From the NCBI GenBank assembly GCA_016186395.1, contig JACPLU010000006.1, positions 7,948-71,947 of the forward strand: 64,000 bases of DNA, given 5' to 3'. The stretch is from Parcubacteria group bacterium (lineage in GTDB: Bacteria > Patescibacteriota > Minisyncoccia > 2-02-FULL-40-12). Numbering within the stretch: position 1 is the stretch's first letter; each line of letters opens with the position of its first letter. This document shows, in pieces, positions 17,881 to 26,310 of the stretch. Both the position numbers and the translations under genes were made by a program. Below the pieces are notes generated by a model, which saw only the letters and a program-made list of their open reading frames with translations, ran no database searches and was not told where the DNA came from.

Positions 17881-18333
17881 CTATTTGTTATTCTTTATAT
17901 ATTTTGCCAGTAGCCACGAACTGGATTGAACCTTGCCTCCATCTCCTACATTAAATGCCATTTTGATACCATATTTCTTACAAACCGACTCCTCTGGTAT
18001 ATTACCCAGTTTTCGATCACCGCCATTTGCAAAAATATTAGGTTTTATCTTTTTCAATTCAGCACAAACACTCATATCTTTGGGGTTTTCTTTGTGACTG
18101 GTCAGCACAACTCTATCTACTCCGCTTACAGCTTCGATAATTTCTTTGCGTTCTTCTTCATTCATGAATACCTTCCCTTTCTTTTTCTTAAGCCAATTAT
18201 CGTTATTTAAAATAACCACAAGTTTAGTTCCCAACTTTTTTGCTTCTTGAATGAGACGAACGTGCCCAATATGAAGAGGATCCATCCCTCCTGATATGGC
18301 TACAACTAACGGATCTTTTAATTTATTTTTCAT
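17881..18333 (-). CDS. cytidylyltransferase-like nucleotidyltransferase (HIGH-motif family)
   Basis: VVAISGGMDPLHIGHVRLIQEAKKLG has the HxGH signature; the protein is 150 aa. Confidence 0.6.
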   Translation of the reverse strand: MKNKLKDPLVVAISGGMDPLHIGHVRLIQEAKKLGTKLVVILNNDNWLKKKKGKVFMNEEERKEIIEAVSGVDRVVLTSHKENPKDMSVCAELKKIKPNIFANGGDRKLGNIPEESVCKKYGIKMAFNVGDGGKVQSSSWLLAKYIKNNK

Positions 18334-18343
18334 AGTTTAATCT

Positions 18344-18709
18344 TTACTCCAAAGATATAGCAATCAATCCATATTTTTTTATTTTTTCTTTATATCCTGG
18401 GAAACTATACCACATACTGTATGCTTCTTTGGTGGTATAAGTATTAGGATTGATTGTCTCCGGCCGGTACTTCTTCAAAATAGCGCCCACGGATTTAAAA
18501 AACTCTACTTTTTTAACTTTTTTCTTGAATCTTGAGCTAGCACATATAAACACTATTGTATCGTTTGTCTTAATATTTTGATATTTTTTTGTTGCCGCCC
18601 GAGTTTCTATCTTTTTCTTTCCATTTTTAATCGCGATAAATATATCACTATTTACTTCCCTAAAACGCAAAATATATTCTTTAGTTTTTGGAATTATCAT
18701 TTTTTTCAT
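18344..18709 (-). CDS. ASCH (PUA-like) domain protein
   Basis: 121 aa; KIETRAATKKYQNIKTNDTIVF looks like an ASCH core. Confidence 0.45.
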   Translation of the reverse strand: MKKMIIPKTKEYILRFREVNSDIFIAIKNGKKKIETRAATKKYQNIKTNDTIVFICASSRFKKKVKKVEFFKSVGAILKKYRPETINPNTYTTKEAYSMWYSFPGYKEKIKKYGLIAISLE

Positions 18710-18740
18710 CTCTAGGTTAAAACCAGTTTCATATAATTAA

Positions 18741-18899
18741 TGTGTTGTCAGTGCCCATCTTATTTTAAAATGTTTGAACGACGAGCGGCCATGGTGCCAT
18801 TATTTTTTAAAATAATGGCGAGCGAGGAGTTCAGACAATGAGCAAAATCACGGTGGGGTTTTGCAAAGTTTTTAAAATAAGATGGGCACTGACAACACT
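18741..18899. repeat. intergenic element of ~158 bp bounded by perfect 29-bp terminal inverted repeats, with nested inner palindromes (MITE-like or structured RNA)
   Basis: Left arm 18742-18770 gtgttgtcagtgcccatcttattttaaaa; right arm 18870-18898 is its reverse complement. Inner palindrome gccattatttttt/aaaataatggc. Confidence 0.55.
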
Positions 18900-18904
18900 T
18901 TCTC

Positions 18905-20059
18905 CTACCTCAACTCTGCCTTAAATTGTTCCGCGGTCTGTTTATAAATTTTATCTTGGATTGCGTCGACTTCCTCGCTTCTTAGTGTCCTACCCATACT
19001 CCTGTAAATAATGTGATATGTATAACTAACTTTGTCTTGACCGAATTTTTTTGAATCCTCATATTTATCTATTAGTTCAACCTGCTCAACCAAGTCGCCT
19101 CCCAGATCACGAATTAATTCAAAGTAATTGTTGGGAACAAAGTCTTTACTAACAACAAAAGAAATATCCCGAGTTATTGGTGGATATTTTGAAACCTCTT
19201 TGTATTCTTGCCCTAGTTTTAACTGCTTTTTGACCCTTTCATCTTGAGACCAGAAAAGACGCATATCGGGAACATCCATACTAACCATAGCCAGTCGCTC
19301 CAGACCAAAACCAAACGCCCATCCATTGTATTCATTTGGGTCAACGCCAAAATTTTTCAAAACACTTCCCCGCACAATCCCACAACCAAGCACTTCCATC
19401 CATTTTCCTTTAATCTCTATCTCCATCTCAACGCTTGGATCGGTATATGGAAATTGATCAATGTTAAAACGATATTTTACACTTTCTCCAAAAATGACTT
19501 TAGCAATTTCTATTAAAACACCTTGCAAGTCTTGAATGGTTATAACATGGTCTTCTTTGGGGCACAGATACCAGCCGTCGATCTGATGAAACACCGGCAG
19601 ATGGAAACGATCAATTTCGTCTTTTCTGTATACCTTGCCGTAGCTCAACGCCCCAACCGACTGATGTTTTTTTATTTTTTCTTTGACTTCTGGCAGATTT
19701 AGATGATAATACCACATCACAGTGGTATGGGTGCGCAAAATATTATTATCATCAAGAAAGTATGTGTCCGACCTACTACGGGCTGGGTGATCAAGGGGAA
19801 AATTAAATAAATCAAAACTTAAACTATAACCGACTATCTCCGGCACGTTAAGAACATCAAAATCATGAAACCGAGGCAAAGTAATTATGCGCTCGGCGAG
19901 TTCCGCTATCGGACTGCCTTTCTGTCTGGATAAATCCGGCATAGCCAAAAAACGCTTTAATCTTAAAGCGTCTGAATCACTTCTTTTGTCTAGGGTTTCT
20001 AAGACTTTCGCCTCGTCAGTAGATTTTATTTGAATAATTTGTTTTTTATTAGATAGCAT
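18905..20059 (-). CDS. pheS: phenylalanyl-tRNA synthetase alpha subunit
   Basis: FPYTDPSVEMEI, GCGIVRGSVLKNFG and WAFGFGLERLAMV class II motifs. Confidence 0.9.
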   Translation of the reverse strand: MLSNKKQIIQIKSTDEAKVLETLDKRSDSDALRLKRFLAMPDLSRQKGSPIAELAERIITLPRFHDFDVLNVPEIVGYSLSFDLFNFPLDHPARSRSDTYFLDDNNILRTHTTVMWYYHLNLPEVKEKIKKHQSVGALSYGKVYRKDEIDRFHLPVFHQIDGWYLCPKEDHVITIQDLQGVLIEIAKVIFGESVKYRFNIDQFPYTDPSVEMEIEIKGKWMEVLGCGIVRGSVLKNFGVDPNEYNGWAFGFGLERLAMVSMDVPDMRLFWSQDERVKKQLKLGQEYKEVSKYPPITRDISFVVSKDFVPNNYFELIRDLGGDLVEQVELIDKYEDSKKFGQDKVSYTYHIIYRSMGRTLRSEEVDAIQDKIYKQTAEQFKAELR

Positions 20060-20061
20060 AC

Positions 20062-20313
20062 TTACTGCAATGTTCCACCTAACAAACTAAATAATGCCAC
20101 TAAAGCAATCGCGACCCAAACAAGATTTAATACTGCCGGCTGATAGGCTTTCTTATAGAAAGATATGATTGTTATACCGGTCGCACCGGTTATATTTAAA
20201 AATATATATATTGGGCTAATGACTGAAATTATTCTAAAATTGGCCAGAAAATAAGCAACCAAAACCGCTATAAAACCGTACCACCCATATATTTCAAGCA
20301 CTGTTTTTTTCAC
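20062..20313 (-). CDS. small membrane protein (about 83 aa), probable GTG start
   Basis: Three hydrophobic segments. Its stop lies 2 nt from the pheS start, suggesting translational coupling. The longer ORF upstream overlaps tRNA-Asp, so the start was moved to GTG at 20313. Confidence 0.35.
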   Translation of the reverse strand: MKKTVLEIYGWYGFIAVLVAYFLANFRIISVISPIYIFLNITGATGITIISFYKKAYQPAVLNLVWVAIALVALFSLLGGTLQ

Positions 20314-20315
20314 TG

Positions 20316-20391
20316 CGCGGGCGACCGGATTTGAACCGGCGATTTCCTCCGTGACAGGGAGGCGTCTTGAACCAGGCTGGACCACGCCCGC
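20316..20391 (-). tRNA. tRNA-Asp (GTC)
   Basis: GCGGGCG acceptor stem, anticodon arm CCTCC-CTGTCAC-GGAGG, T arm GCCGG-TTCAAAT-CCGGT, discriminator G. Confidence 0.85.
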
Positions 20392-20518
20392 AAACTCAAA
20401 ACTTTAAATTTATGTTACCAAAGCGAAACGAAAATTAAAACCCCGTCACCAAATCAAGCGCATAATGCCTCGAGCTTGACTCGATGCGGGGTAAAGATTC
20501 ATCCAACTCTTGGAGGGT

Positions 20519-21268
20519 TTAACGCAATACTGATTCTTGAGAAAAATAAATAAGTGAACCAACTTCCTCTCCAGCTAAAACTTTTTCCAGATTTCCTTCC
20601 TTGAAAAAATCAAATATTCTAATTGGCATTCCTTGATCCTTGGCTAATTTAATTGCCGCAAAATCCATTACGTTATACTGATCCTGCAAATATCGCTCGT
20701 AAGAAACGAATGACAAAAATTTTGCGTTAGAGTCTCTACTAGGATCTCCATCATAAACTCCGTCTATATTTGTCCCCTTAAGAACAATCTCTGCTCTAAC
20801 TTCAATCGCCCTTTCAACTGTTGCATAATCCGTACTGCAAAATGGAATTCCTAAACCACACGCTAATATGACAACCCTCCCCTTATCTAGATGGCTTCTG
20901 GCTACTCTGACTTTATAAAATTCAGCGACCTCATCAACTCTTAAACTGCTCATCACCCTAACCTCTACCCCATTGGCTTCAAGCTCTCTTTGTAAGGCTA
21001 AACCGTTTATTAAAGTTCCTAACATGCCCATCTGATCAATAGGAACTCGATCGTACTTATCTTCAGATGGAAAATTCCTTCCTCTTATTATGTTTCCGCC
21101 ACCCAAAACTATAGCCAAACTGGTGGACTTATTTTCTAACACCCGAATCAACAACTTTGCCAAATGACCAATCCTCTTTACATCAATCCCGTTGTCCCCA
21201 CATACTTTACCGCTAAGTTTTAAAAGTACTCGGCTAAAGACTTGACCCATTTTTTCTCTCCTAGACAA
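20519..21268 (-). CDS. pyrH: uridylate (UMP) kinase
   Basis: VLLKLSGKVCG, VLGGGNIIRG and GDPSRDSNAKFL motifs. Confidence 0.9.
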   Translation of the reverse strand: MSRREKMGQVFSRVLLKLSGKVCGDNGIDVKRIGHLAKLLIRVLENKSTSLAIVLGGGNIIRGRNFPSEDKYDRVPIDQMGMLGTLINGLALQRELEANGVEVRVMSSLRVDEVAEFYKVRVARSHLDKGRVVILACGLGIPFCSTDYATVERAIEVRAEIVLKGTNIDGVYDGDPSRDSNAKFLSFVSYERYLQDQYNVMDFAAIKLAKDQGMPIRIFDFFKEGNLEKVLAGEEVGSLIYFSQESVLR

Positions 21269-21349
21269 ATAGTCTTAATTTTGGCTATTTATATAAAATT
21301 TGATGACATCTGTCAAGCGACTAACTGGTACATTCAACCTTCGAAGGGC

Positions 21350-21376
21350 GTCTTTCCGAGGTCCGACCTCGGAAAG
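21350..21376. promoter_or_regulatory. perfect 11-bp stem hairpin just downstream of guaB, sharing the CGAGGT-CGACCTCG-type palindrome core
   Basis: tctttccgagg-tccga-cctcggaaaga. Confidence 0.5.
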
Positions 21377-21404
21377 AACTTACTTGTTGAACCTAAGGCT
21401 AAAT

Positions 21405-22910
21405 TTATCTCTCGTAAGATTCCCTTCGAGCTGATTCTGAAAGTATTTGAAAACCGGTCTCTGAATTAAACGGATCAAATTGCCTTTTTACATGGTCTAA
21501 ACTTAAAACCCCTCTATGGCTTATGCCGGAACGTACCCCACCAATAAGATTTCTAACTACATCCTCCACCGATCCTCTTATCTCAACTTCCCTGTCTAAA
21601 CCTTCAGGACTTTTCTTTAATGCCTCTGCTATTGGATCATCAATTCCTTCTGATTCATATCTAGAAATTAATGCTTCGGTAGAAGCCATGCCTCGAAAAC
21701 GTTTAAATTTCCTACCATCCTCCTTTGTATAAATAGACCCGGGCGTATCTTGCGTGCCGGAAAGCATTGTCCCCGTCATAACACTTGATGCACCGGCCAA
21801 AAGTGCATAAAGTATATCTGCTCCGTAACGAATATTGCCGTCAGCGTTAAGCGGTGGAATATCTTTTTCTTTCCAACCATATTTAAATCTTAGTCCGTAA
21901 TAAGTTTCCATTATTGCGTAAAGTTGAGGCACGCCAATACCTGTATTGCGCCGTGTAGTACACGCTCCTCCGGGTCCGACACCAATTTTAATTCCATCTA
22001 CGCCGAGTTTAATTAAAAAATCTGCCTGTTGTGAAGTTCCAATATTCCCAACAACCAACTCTGTATCACCTAACTTCTTATGAAATTCTTTAACTGCTTT
22101 TTCTACGATTTTTGAGTGACAGGATGTTACATCAAGCACAATTACGTCCACACCAGCTTTTTTAAGTTCCTGTGAACGCTCAAGATAATCCCCAACTGCA
22201 CCGATTGCTGCACCAACCCTTAAACGACCAGTTGGGTCTAGTGTTGCATCTGGATGTTTTTGAAGACGTAACGCATCTTTTGAAGTCACTAAACCTAAAA
22301 TATTTCTTTTACCATCAACTAACGGCAGTTTTTTAACCTTTGTTTTAATAAACTTTTGCATTATTTGCTCTAATGTCACCTTGGGACCGGCTGTAACTAA
22401 TTTACTAAAAGGAGTCATGCGGTCTTTTACCTTTGATACATAGTCAACAAATCTAATATCACGCTTTGTTAAAATACCCAAAAGTTTATTTTTCCCGTTA
22501 TGAACAAGTAGACTTCCGACATCATGTTTTTTCATTAACTCCTTTGCTTCTGATAGTTTTCTGTCAGGCGTTATTTTGTATGGATCATTAATAATAAAAT
22601 TATGGGCTCTTTTTACTTTACGGATTTCGTCCGCCTGAAAATTGACCGGACAAAAACGGTGTATTACTCCGATACCGCCTAGAAAAGCCATCGCAATTGC
22701 CATTTCTGATTCAGTAATATCAAGCATATTTGCCGATACTAGAGGAATTTTTAAGTCAATGTTCTTTGAAAATTTCGTGGCCAAAGAAACCATAGATCGT
22801 GATTCGGCTATATTGATCCCCTTTGGAGGAACAATAACCCCGCCGTAAGTTACACCGGAAAACTTTTCTAAAAGTTTATTATAATTTGATTTATTTATTG
22901 TTTCATTCAT
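21405..22910 (-). CDS. guaB: IMP dehydrogenase, with CBS domain pair
   Basis: GVGPGGACTTRRNTGIGVPQ catalytic loop, CBS segment (HDVGSLLVHNGKNKLLGILTKRDIRF) and GGVRSGISH near the C-terminus. Confidence 0.9.
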   Translation of the reverse strand: MNETINKSNYNKLLEKFSGVTYGGVIVPPKGINIAESRSMVSLATKFSKNIDLKIPLVSANMLDITESEMAIAMAFLGGIGVIHRFCPVNFQADEIRKVKRAHNFIINDPYKITPDRKLSEAKELMKKHDVGSLLVHNGKNKLLGILTKRDIRFVDYVSKVKDRMTPFSKLVTAGPKVTLEQIMQKFIKTKVKKLPLVDGKRNILGLVTSKDALRLQKHPDATLDPTGRLRVGAAIGAVGDYLERSQELKKAGVDVIVLDVTSCHSKIVEKAVKEFHKKLGDTELVVGNIGTSQQADFLIKLGVDGIKIGVGPGGACTTRRNTGIGVPQLYAIMETYYGLRFKYGWKEKDIPPLNADGNIRYGADILYALLAGASSVMTGTMLSGTQDTPGSIYTKEDGRKFKRFRGMASTEALISRYESEGIDDPIAEALKKSPEGLDREVEIRGSVEDVVRNLIGGVRSGISHRGVLSLDHVKRQFDPFNSETGFQILSESARRESYER

Positions 22911-23171
22911 GCGTTCCTATTGTACGCGGAATATAAGATTTTTCAATCCTTCAGCTCCATTGACCTTAAATTATAATGAATGGGCCAATTCTAAAAACAA
23001 CCCATTCGGGTTGTTTTTAGAATTGAAGCTGTCTACAGATAACGCCGGCGGCAAAATTCGTTTGTTTTTATCAACAAACACCGAGCTAATTGGTTCCGCA
23101 ATCTTACGGAACATCAATTCGCCCTTCTCATCCCAACGCAAGCAAAGCAATTTGCTTGCTCCCCTTCCTAA

Positions 23172-23245
23172 TGTCAGGGGTGGGATTCGAACCCACGACC
23201 TCTTCTTTATGAGGGAAGCGCTCTTACCAACTGAGCTACCCTGAC
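23172..23245 (-). tRNA. tRNA-Met (CAT) elongator type; could instead be a tRNA-Ile2 precursor
   Basis: GTCAGGG acceptor stem, anticodon loop CTCATAA, T arm GTGGG-TTCGAAT-CCCAC. There is a C31-A39 mismatch in the anticodon stem. Confidence 0.8.
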
Positions 23246-23299
23246 TTTTTATTTTCTCTTTAAACCTTAACTTTCTTTACACATTTTTTCAAGACTGTT

Positions 23300-23405
23300 A
23301 TAATAGCCAAGCGACTTTAAATCGCAGTACTGCGGGGTGGAGTCCCGATATCCCGCAAAGCGGGAATCGTGGATGCTCGATTCGCCTTTGGCGATATCGG
23401 CACAG
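23300..23405 (+). ncRNA. candidate structured RNA: a closing helix ccgatatc/gatatcgg around three hairpins
   Basis: cccgc-aaa-gcggg, gaatcg-tggatgct-cgattc and gcc-ttt-ggc sit inside the 23331-23339 / 23393-23401 helix. The strand is uncertain. Confidence 0.2.
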
Positions 23406-23426
23406 TAATTAAGTATAAATATAAAT

Positions 23427-23612
23427 ATGTTTTGTGTTTACGTTTTAAAAAGTTCTAAAACTGGAAAATACTATATTGGTCAAACAAATAATCTTTCTGA
23501 AAGATTTAATAGTCACAATAAAGGGAAAAATGCTTCAACAAAAACTGGAGTTCCATGGAACTTAGCGGCCAGTAAAGAATTTGCAACTAGAATAGAACCA
23601 ATGAAAGTCTAA
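23427..23612 (+). CDS. small GIY-YIG nuclease-domain protein
   Basis: VYVLKSSKTGKYYIGQTNNLSERFNSHNKGK is the GIY-YIG core (UPF0213/YhbQ-like). At 61 aa it is shorter than typical family members. Confidence 0.65.
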   Translation: MFCVYVLKSSKTGKYYIGQTNNLSERFNSHNKGKNASTKTGVPWNLAASKEFATRIEPMKV

Positions 23613-23660
23613 AAATATATAAAATCACTGAAAAGTAAAAATAGAGTAAATAAATTTATC

Positions 23661-23768
<108 letters not shown>

Positions 23769-23776
23769 CATCCTTC

Positions 23777-23810
23777 GCCAAAACCGCCATTCAGGCGGTT
23801 TTGGCTTCGG
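23777..23810 (+). terminator. intrinsic terminator after the tRNA-fMet repeat
   Basis: gccaaaaccgcc-attca-ggcggttttggc, a perfect 12-bp stem, then ttcgg. Confidence 0.5.
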
Positions 23811-23970
23811 AATGATTTAAATTGAGCCCGTAGAAGTGTTTCACAAAAAGATGGTTGCAGAAATTGGAGTTCTGAAACTTTAGTGAAGGACAACCTCGCA
23901 ATAGATTTACAAAATACCATGAGAGTGGTATTTTGTTTTTGGTATATTGAAATACAAGTAAAGGAGACTT

Positions 23971-25407
23971 TTGATTATGGGTCTAGTGCCATTGGAGCGA
24001 CTTGATTTGCGCAAATGTGACAGTGTTGGAGATATCGTAAAAGCTATGAGCAAGTGCTCATTTGGTGCACGCATGCTTGGCGAGGTTTGTCTGAAAGTTT
24101 TTGACTGGGTTCAAAGAGGAAAACATATCCGCATTGTATATGACGGAGAAAAACTTCTGGACATTTTTGACAGAATGAAGAATAACCGATGGATTGAGGA
24201 AGTTATCCATTCTGATCAGGTTGAGAATCTCTCCGGTTGGCACACCCACAAAACCATTGTCGTGGGACGGTATTCAGAAGCCGCTGACAAGCACATTAAC
24301 AAGCTGGGAGACGCTGTTTTTATTAACAAGGAAGAACTTTGTCGTCCCGGCCAGATCAAAGACGGATATTTCCCCGATGTTGTTTTTGCCGAGCCGACAT
24401 TCGTTATCCCCATCCTCTATTGTGCCTTAGATAATTGGCTTGAAGATCGGCGGCACTCTATTGAAGCTCTATTTACTGAACTAGAAAAAGATCAATTCGG
24501 ACACACAGTTGTTAGCGGTGGGTTAACCTTGGAAAAAATGGTCAAAGATCCCGACTGTTCGGTTTTTCTAACCTTGAGCGGAGCCATGACTATTGCTAAA
24601 ATGGGATTAGTTATTTGCGACATGGTTGATCTTGATATGATCCAGCTTATCTCTTCAACAGGAGCGTTGATGGCTCATGGACTGATAGAAAGTGTCGGAC
24701 TGCAGCACTTTAAGCATAACCCAGCACATGACGATCAATTCCTGGCGCAGCAGAAACTTAATCGGGTTACTGACACGCTTGAACCGGAGAAAAATTTCAC
24801 ACACATTGAGAAAATCGTGAATGAAATTTTATGGTCCTTTGAAAGCGGTGAGATAATTGGCCCGAGTGTTTTTCATCGACGCGTTGGTGAGTATCTCGCG
24901 CGAGAATTTACTACTGAACGTGGTGTTTTGAAGTCAGCGTTTGAAAAAAATGTTCCCGTTCTCTGCCCGGCCTTCGTAGATTCAGAAATCGGCAACGACC
25001 TATTTGCACACAACCAGCGGAGAATGCAGATAGGACAAAAACGGTTAATTGTAGATCCAGAACTTGATTCAGAGGTGCTTATTCGGATGATGATTCAAAC
25101 TTCGAAAGTTGGAATCTTCTCGGTGGGTGGCGGAGTGCCACGCAATAACACCCAAAACGTGGCTCCACTGATTGAGATCACAAATGAACGCCTTAGCTAC
25201 AATTGGCCTGAAAAAATGTACCTTTACGGATGCCGGATCGCTCCGGACGCTATGCATTATGGCCACCTTTCAGGTTGCACATACTCTGAAAATGCATCTT
25301 GGAGAAAAATGGACACCAAACTAGGAACATTTGCTGAAATCCGTGGCGATGCTACGCAGATTTGGCCATTTTTAGTCAAATATGTCATGGATTCAAAAAA
25401 TTTTTAA
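23971..25407 (+). CDS. deoxyhypusine synthase (DHS)-like protein with an N-terminal extension of about 100 aa
   Basis: TLSGAMTIAKMGLVICDMVDLDMIQLISSTGALMAHGLIE, SVGGGVPRNNTQNVAPLIEI and ASWRKMDTKLGTFAEIRGDAT align to the DHS NAD-binding and C-terminal regions. Confidence 0.75.
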   Translation: MIMGLVPLERLDLRKCDSVGDIVKAMSKCSFGARMLGEVCLKVFDWVQRGKHIRIVYDGEKLLDIFDRMKNNRWIEEVIHSDQVENLSGWHTHKTIVVGRYSEAADKHINKLGDAVFINKEELCRPGQIKDGYFPDVVFAEPTFVIPILYCALDNWLEDRRHSIEALFTELEKDQFGHTVVSGGLTLEKMVKDPDCSVFLTLSGAMTIAKMGLVICDMVDLDMIQLISSTGALMAHGLIESVGLQHFKHNPAHDDQFLAQQKLNRVTDTLEPEKNFTHIEKIVNEILWSFESGEIIGPSVFHRRVGEYLAREFTTERGVLKSAFEKNVPVLCPAFVDSEIGNDLFAHNQRRMQIGQKRLIVDPELDSEVLIRMMIQTSKVGIFSVGGGVPRNNTQNVAPLIEITNERLSYNWPEKMYLYGCRIAPDAMHYGHLSGCTYSENASWRKMDTKLGTFAEIRGDATQIWPFLVKYVMDSKNF

Positions 25408-25425
25408 AATCAAGTAGTTCGCTAA

Positions 25426-25456
25426 AGCGGCATGATAATATCAAGCCGCTTTTTTC
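25426..25456 (+). terminator. intrinsic terminator of the DHS-like gene
   Basis: agcggc-(13 nt loop)-gccgct followed by tttttt. Confidence 0.6.
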
Positions 25457-25560
25457 TTGCAGTAGAAGATAATTTACTATAGACTCATTATCCAAAATAT
25501 AATTATACGTTTCTTTCAAGGAAATACTAAATATTTGCTCACTTATTGAAGGGTTATAAC

Positions 25561-25776
25561 CTAACTCAATTCTTCTAGTTGAATTTCGGCATCCTTGAGA
25601 ATACTTGAGAAAATTTTTGGATGCAAGATTTTATTATCATGAAACGGCACAGTCGTTCTCTTACCTTCAGAGTTTCTATAAATCTTATGACTGCCGCTTT
25701 GTCTGACCAACTTAAAACCACGCTTTTCCAAGATTGAAATAATCTGCTTGGCAGTTAACCTTAGTAGGCGTGGCAT
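25561..25776 (-). CDS. hicA: type II toxin HicA (mRNA interferase)
   Basis: MPRLLRLTAKQIISILEKRGFKLVRQSGSHKIYRNSEGKRTTVPFHDNKIL is the HicA signature. The start is placed at the internal Met. Confidence 0.8.
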   Translation of the reverse strand: MPRLLRLTAKQIISILEKRGFKLVRQSGSHKIYRNSEGKRTTVPFHDNKILHPKIFSSILKDAEIQLEELS

Positions 25777-25777
25777 T

Positions 25778-26002
25778 TTAAAGAGTAATATGGACAGTAG
25801 ATAAACTGACTGACTTAGTCGTTGGAATTTCTTCTTTCTCGGCAATTCTGTCTTGAAGATGTAGATTTATCACATCTTTAATATTAGACATTGCTTCTTC
25901 ATATGTCTCGCCCTGACTATAACAGCCCTGCAGTTCTGGACAGGTAGCAAAATAGCCATCATCGTCCTGCTTTATAATAATAGGAAAATCATATTGTTTC
26001 AT
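25778..26002 (-). CDS. hicB: antitoxin HicB (UPF0150 family)
   Basis: DDDGYFATCPELQGCYSQGETYEEAMSNIKDVINLHL. The stop abuts the hicA start with a 1-nt gap. Confidence 0.8.
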   Translation of the reverse strand: MKQYDFPIIIKQDDDGYFATCPELQGCYSQGETYEEAMSNIKDVINLHLQDRIAEKEEIPTTKSVSLSTVHITL

Positions 26003-26142
26003 AAAACCATGATAGCATAAATACCATTAAAAACAAACCATTGTGTGAGGCCACCCACTTTTGTAGTCTTGAGAGTTTTTAATCGTTTGTTCTTCTTAGT
26101 ATAGCATATATTGAACTGAGGAGTATTTGTTCTTAAAAGCAC

Positions 26143-26232
26143 AGTGGACTCGTCTGGTATTGTACCAGACGAGTCAGTCCATTAAGTTATGTTTGTGATA
26201 ACGAGAGTAGTTCTCTCGTTTTTTATTTTTTA
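26143..26232 (+). terminator. two consecutive strong hairpins, the second followed by a T-run: a plus-strand terminator with no plus-strand gene upstream (possible sRNA 3' end)
   Basis: ggactcgtctggt-attgt-accagacgagtc (12-bp stem), then aacgagag-tagtt-ctctcgtt followed by ttttattttttat. Confidence 0.4.
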
Positions 26233-26310
26233 TAAATTATCGTATCATTGATATAACATTATAAACATTGATAGCGTTTTTATTAATAGTTAGTAATGTT
26301 TGATTAAAAT

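Noticed and set aside
20314-20385. N-terminal 24 codons of the 107-aa ORF
   Set aside because: They overlap tRNA-Asp on the same strand. The start was moved to the in-frame GTG at 20313.
22909-23244. 111-aa plus-strand ORF
   Set aside because: Overlaps the minus-strand tRNA-Met (23172-23245) and the guaB promoter region; no support.
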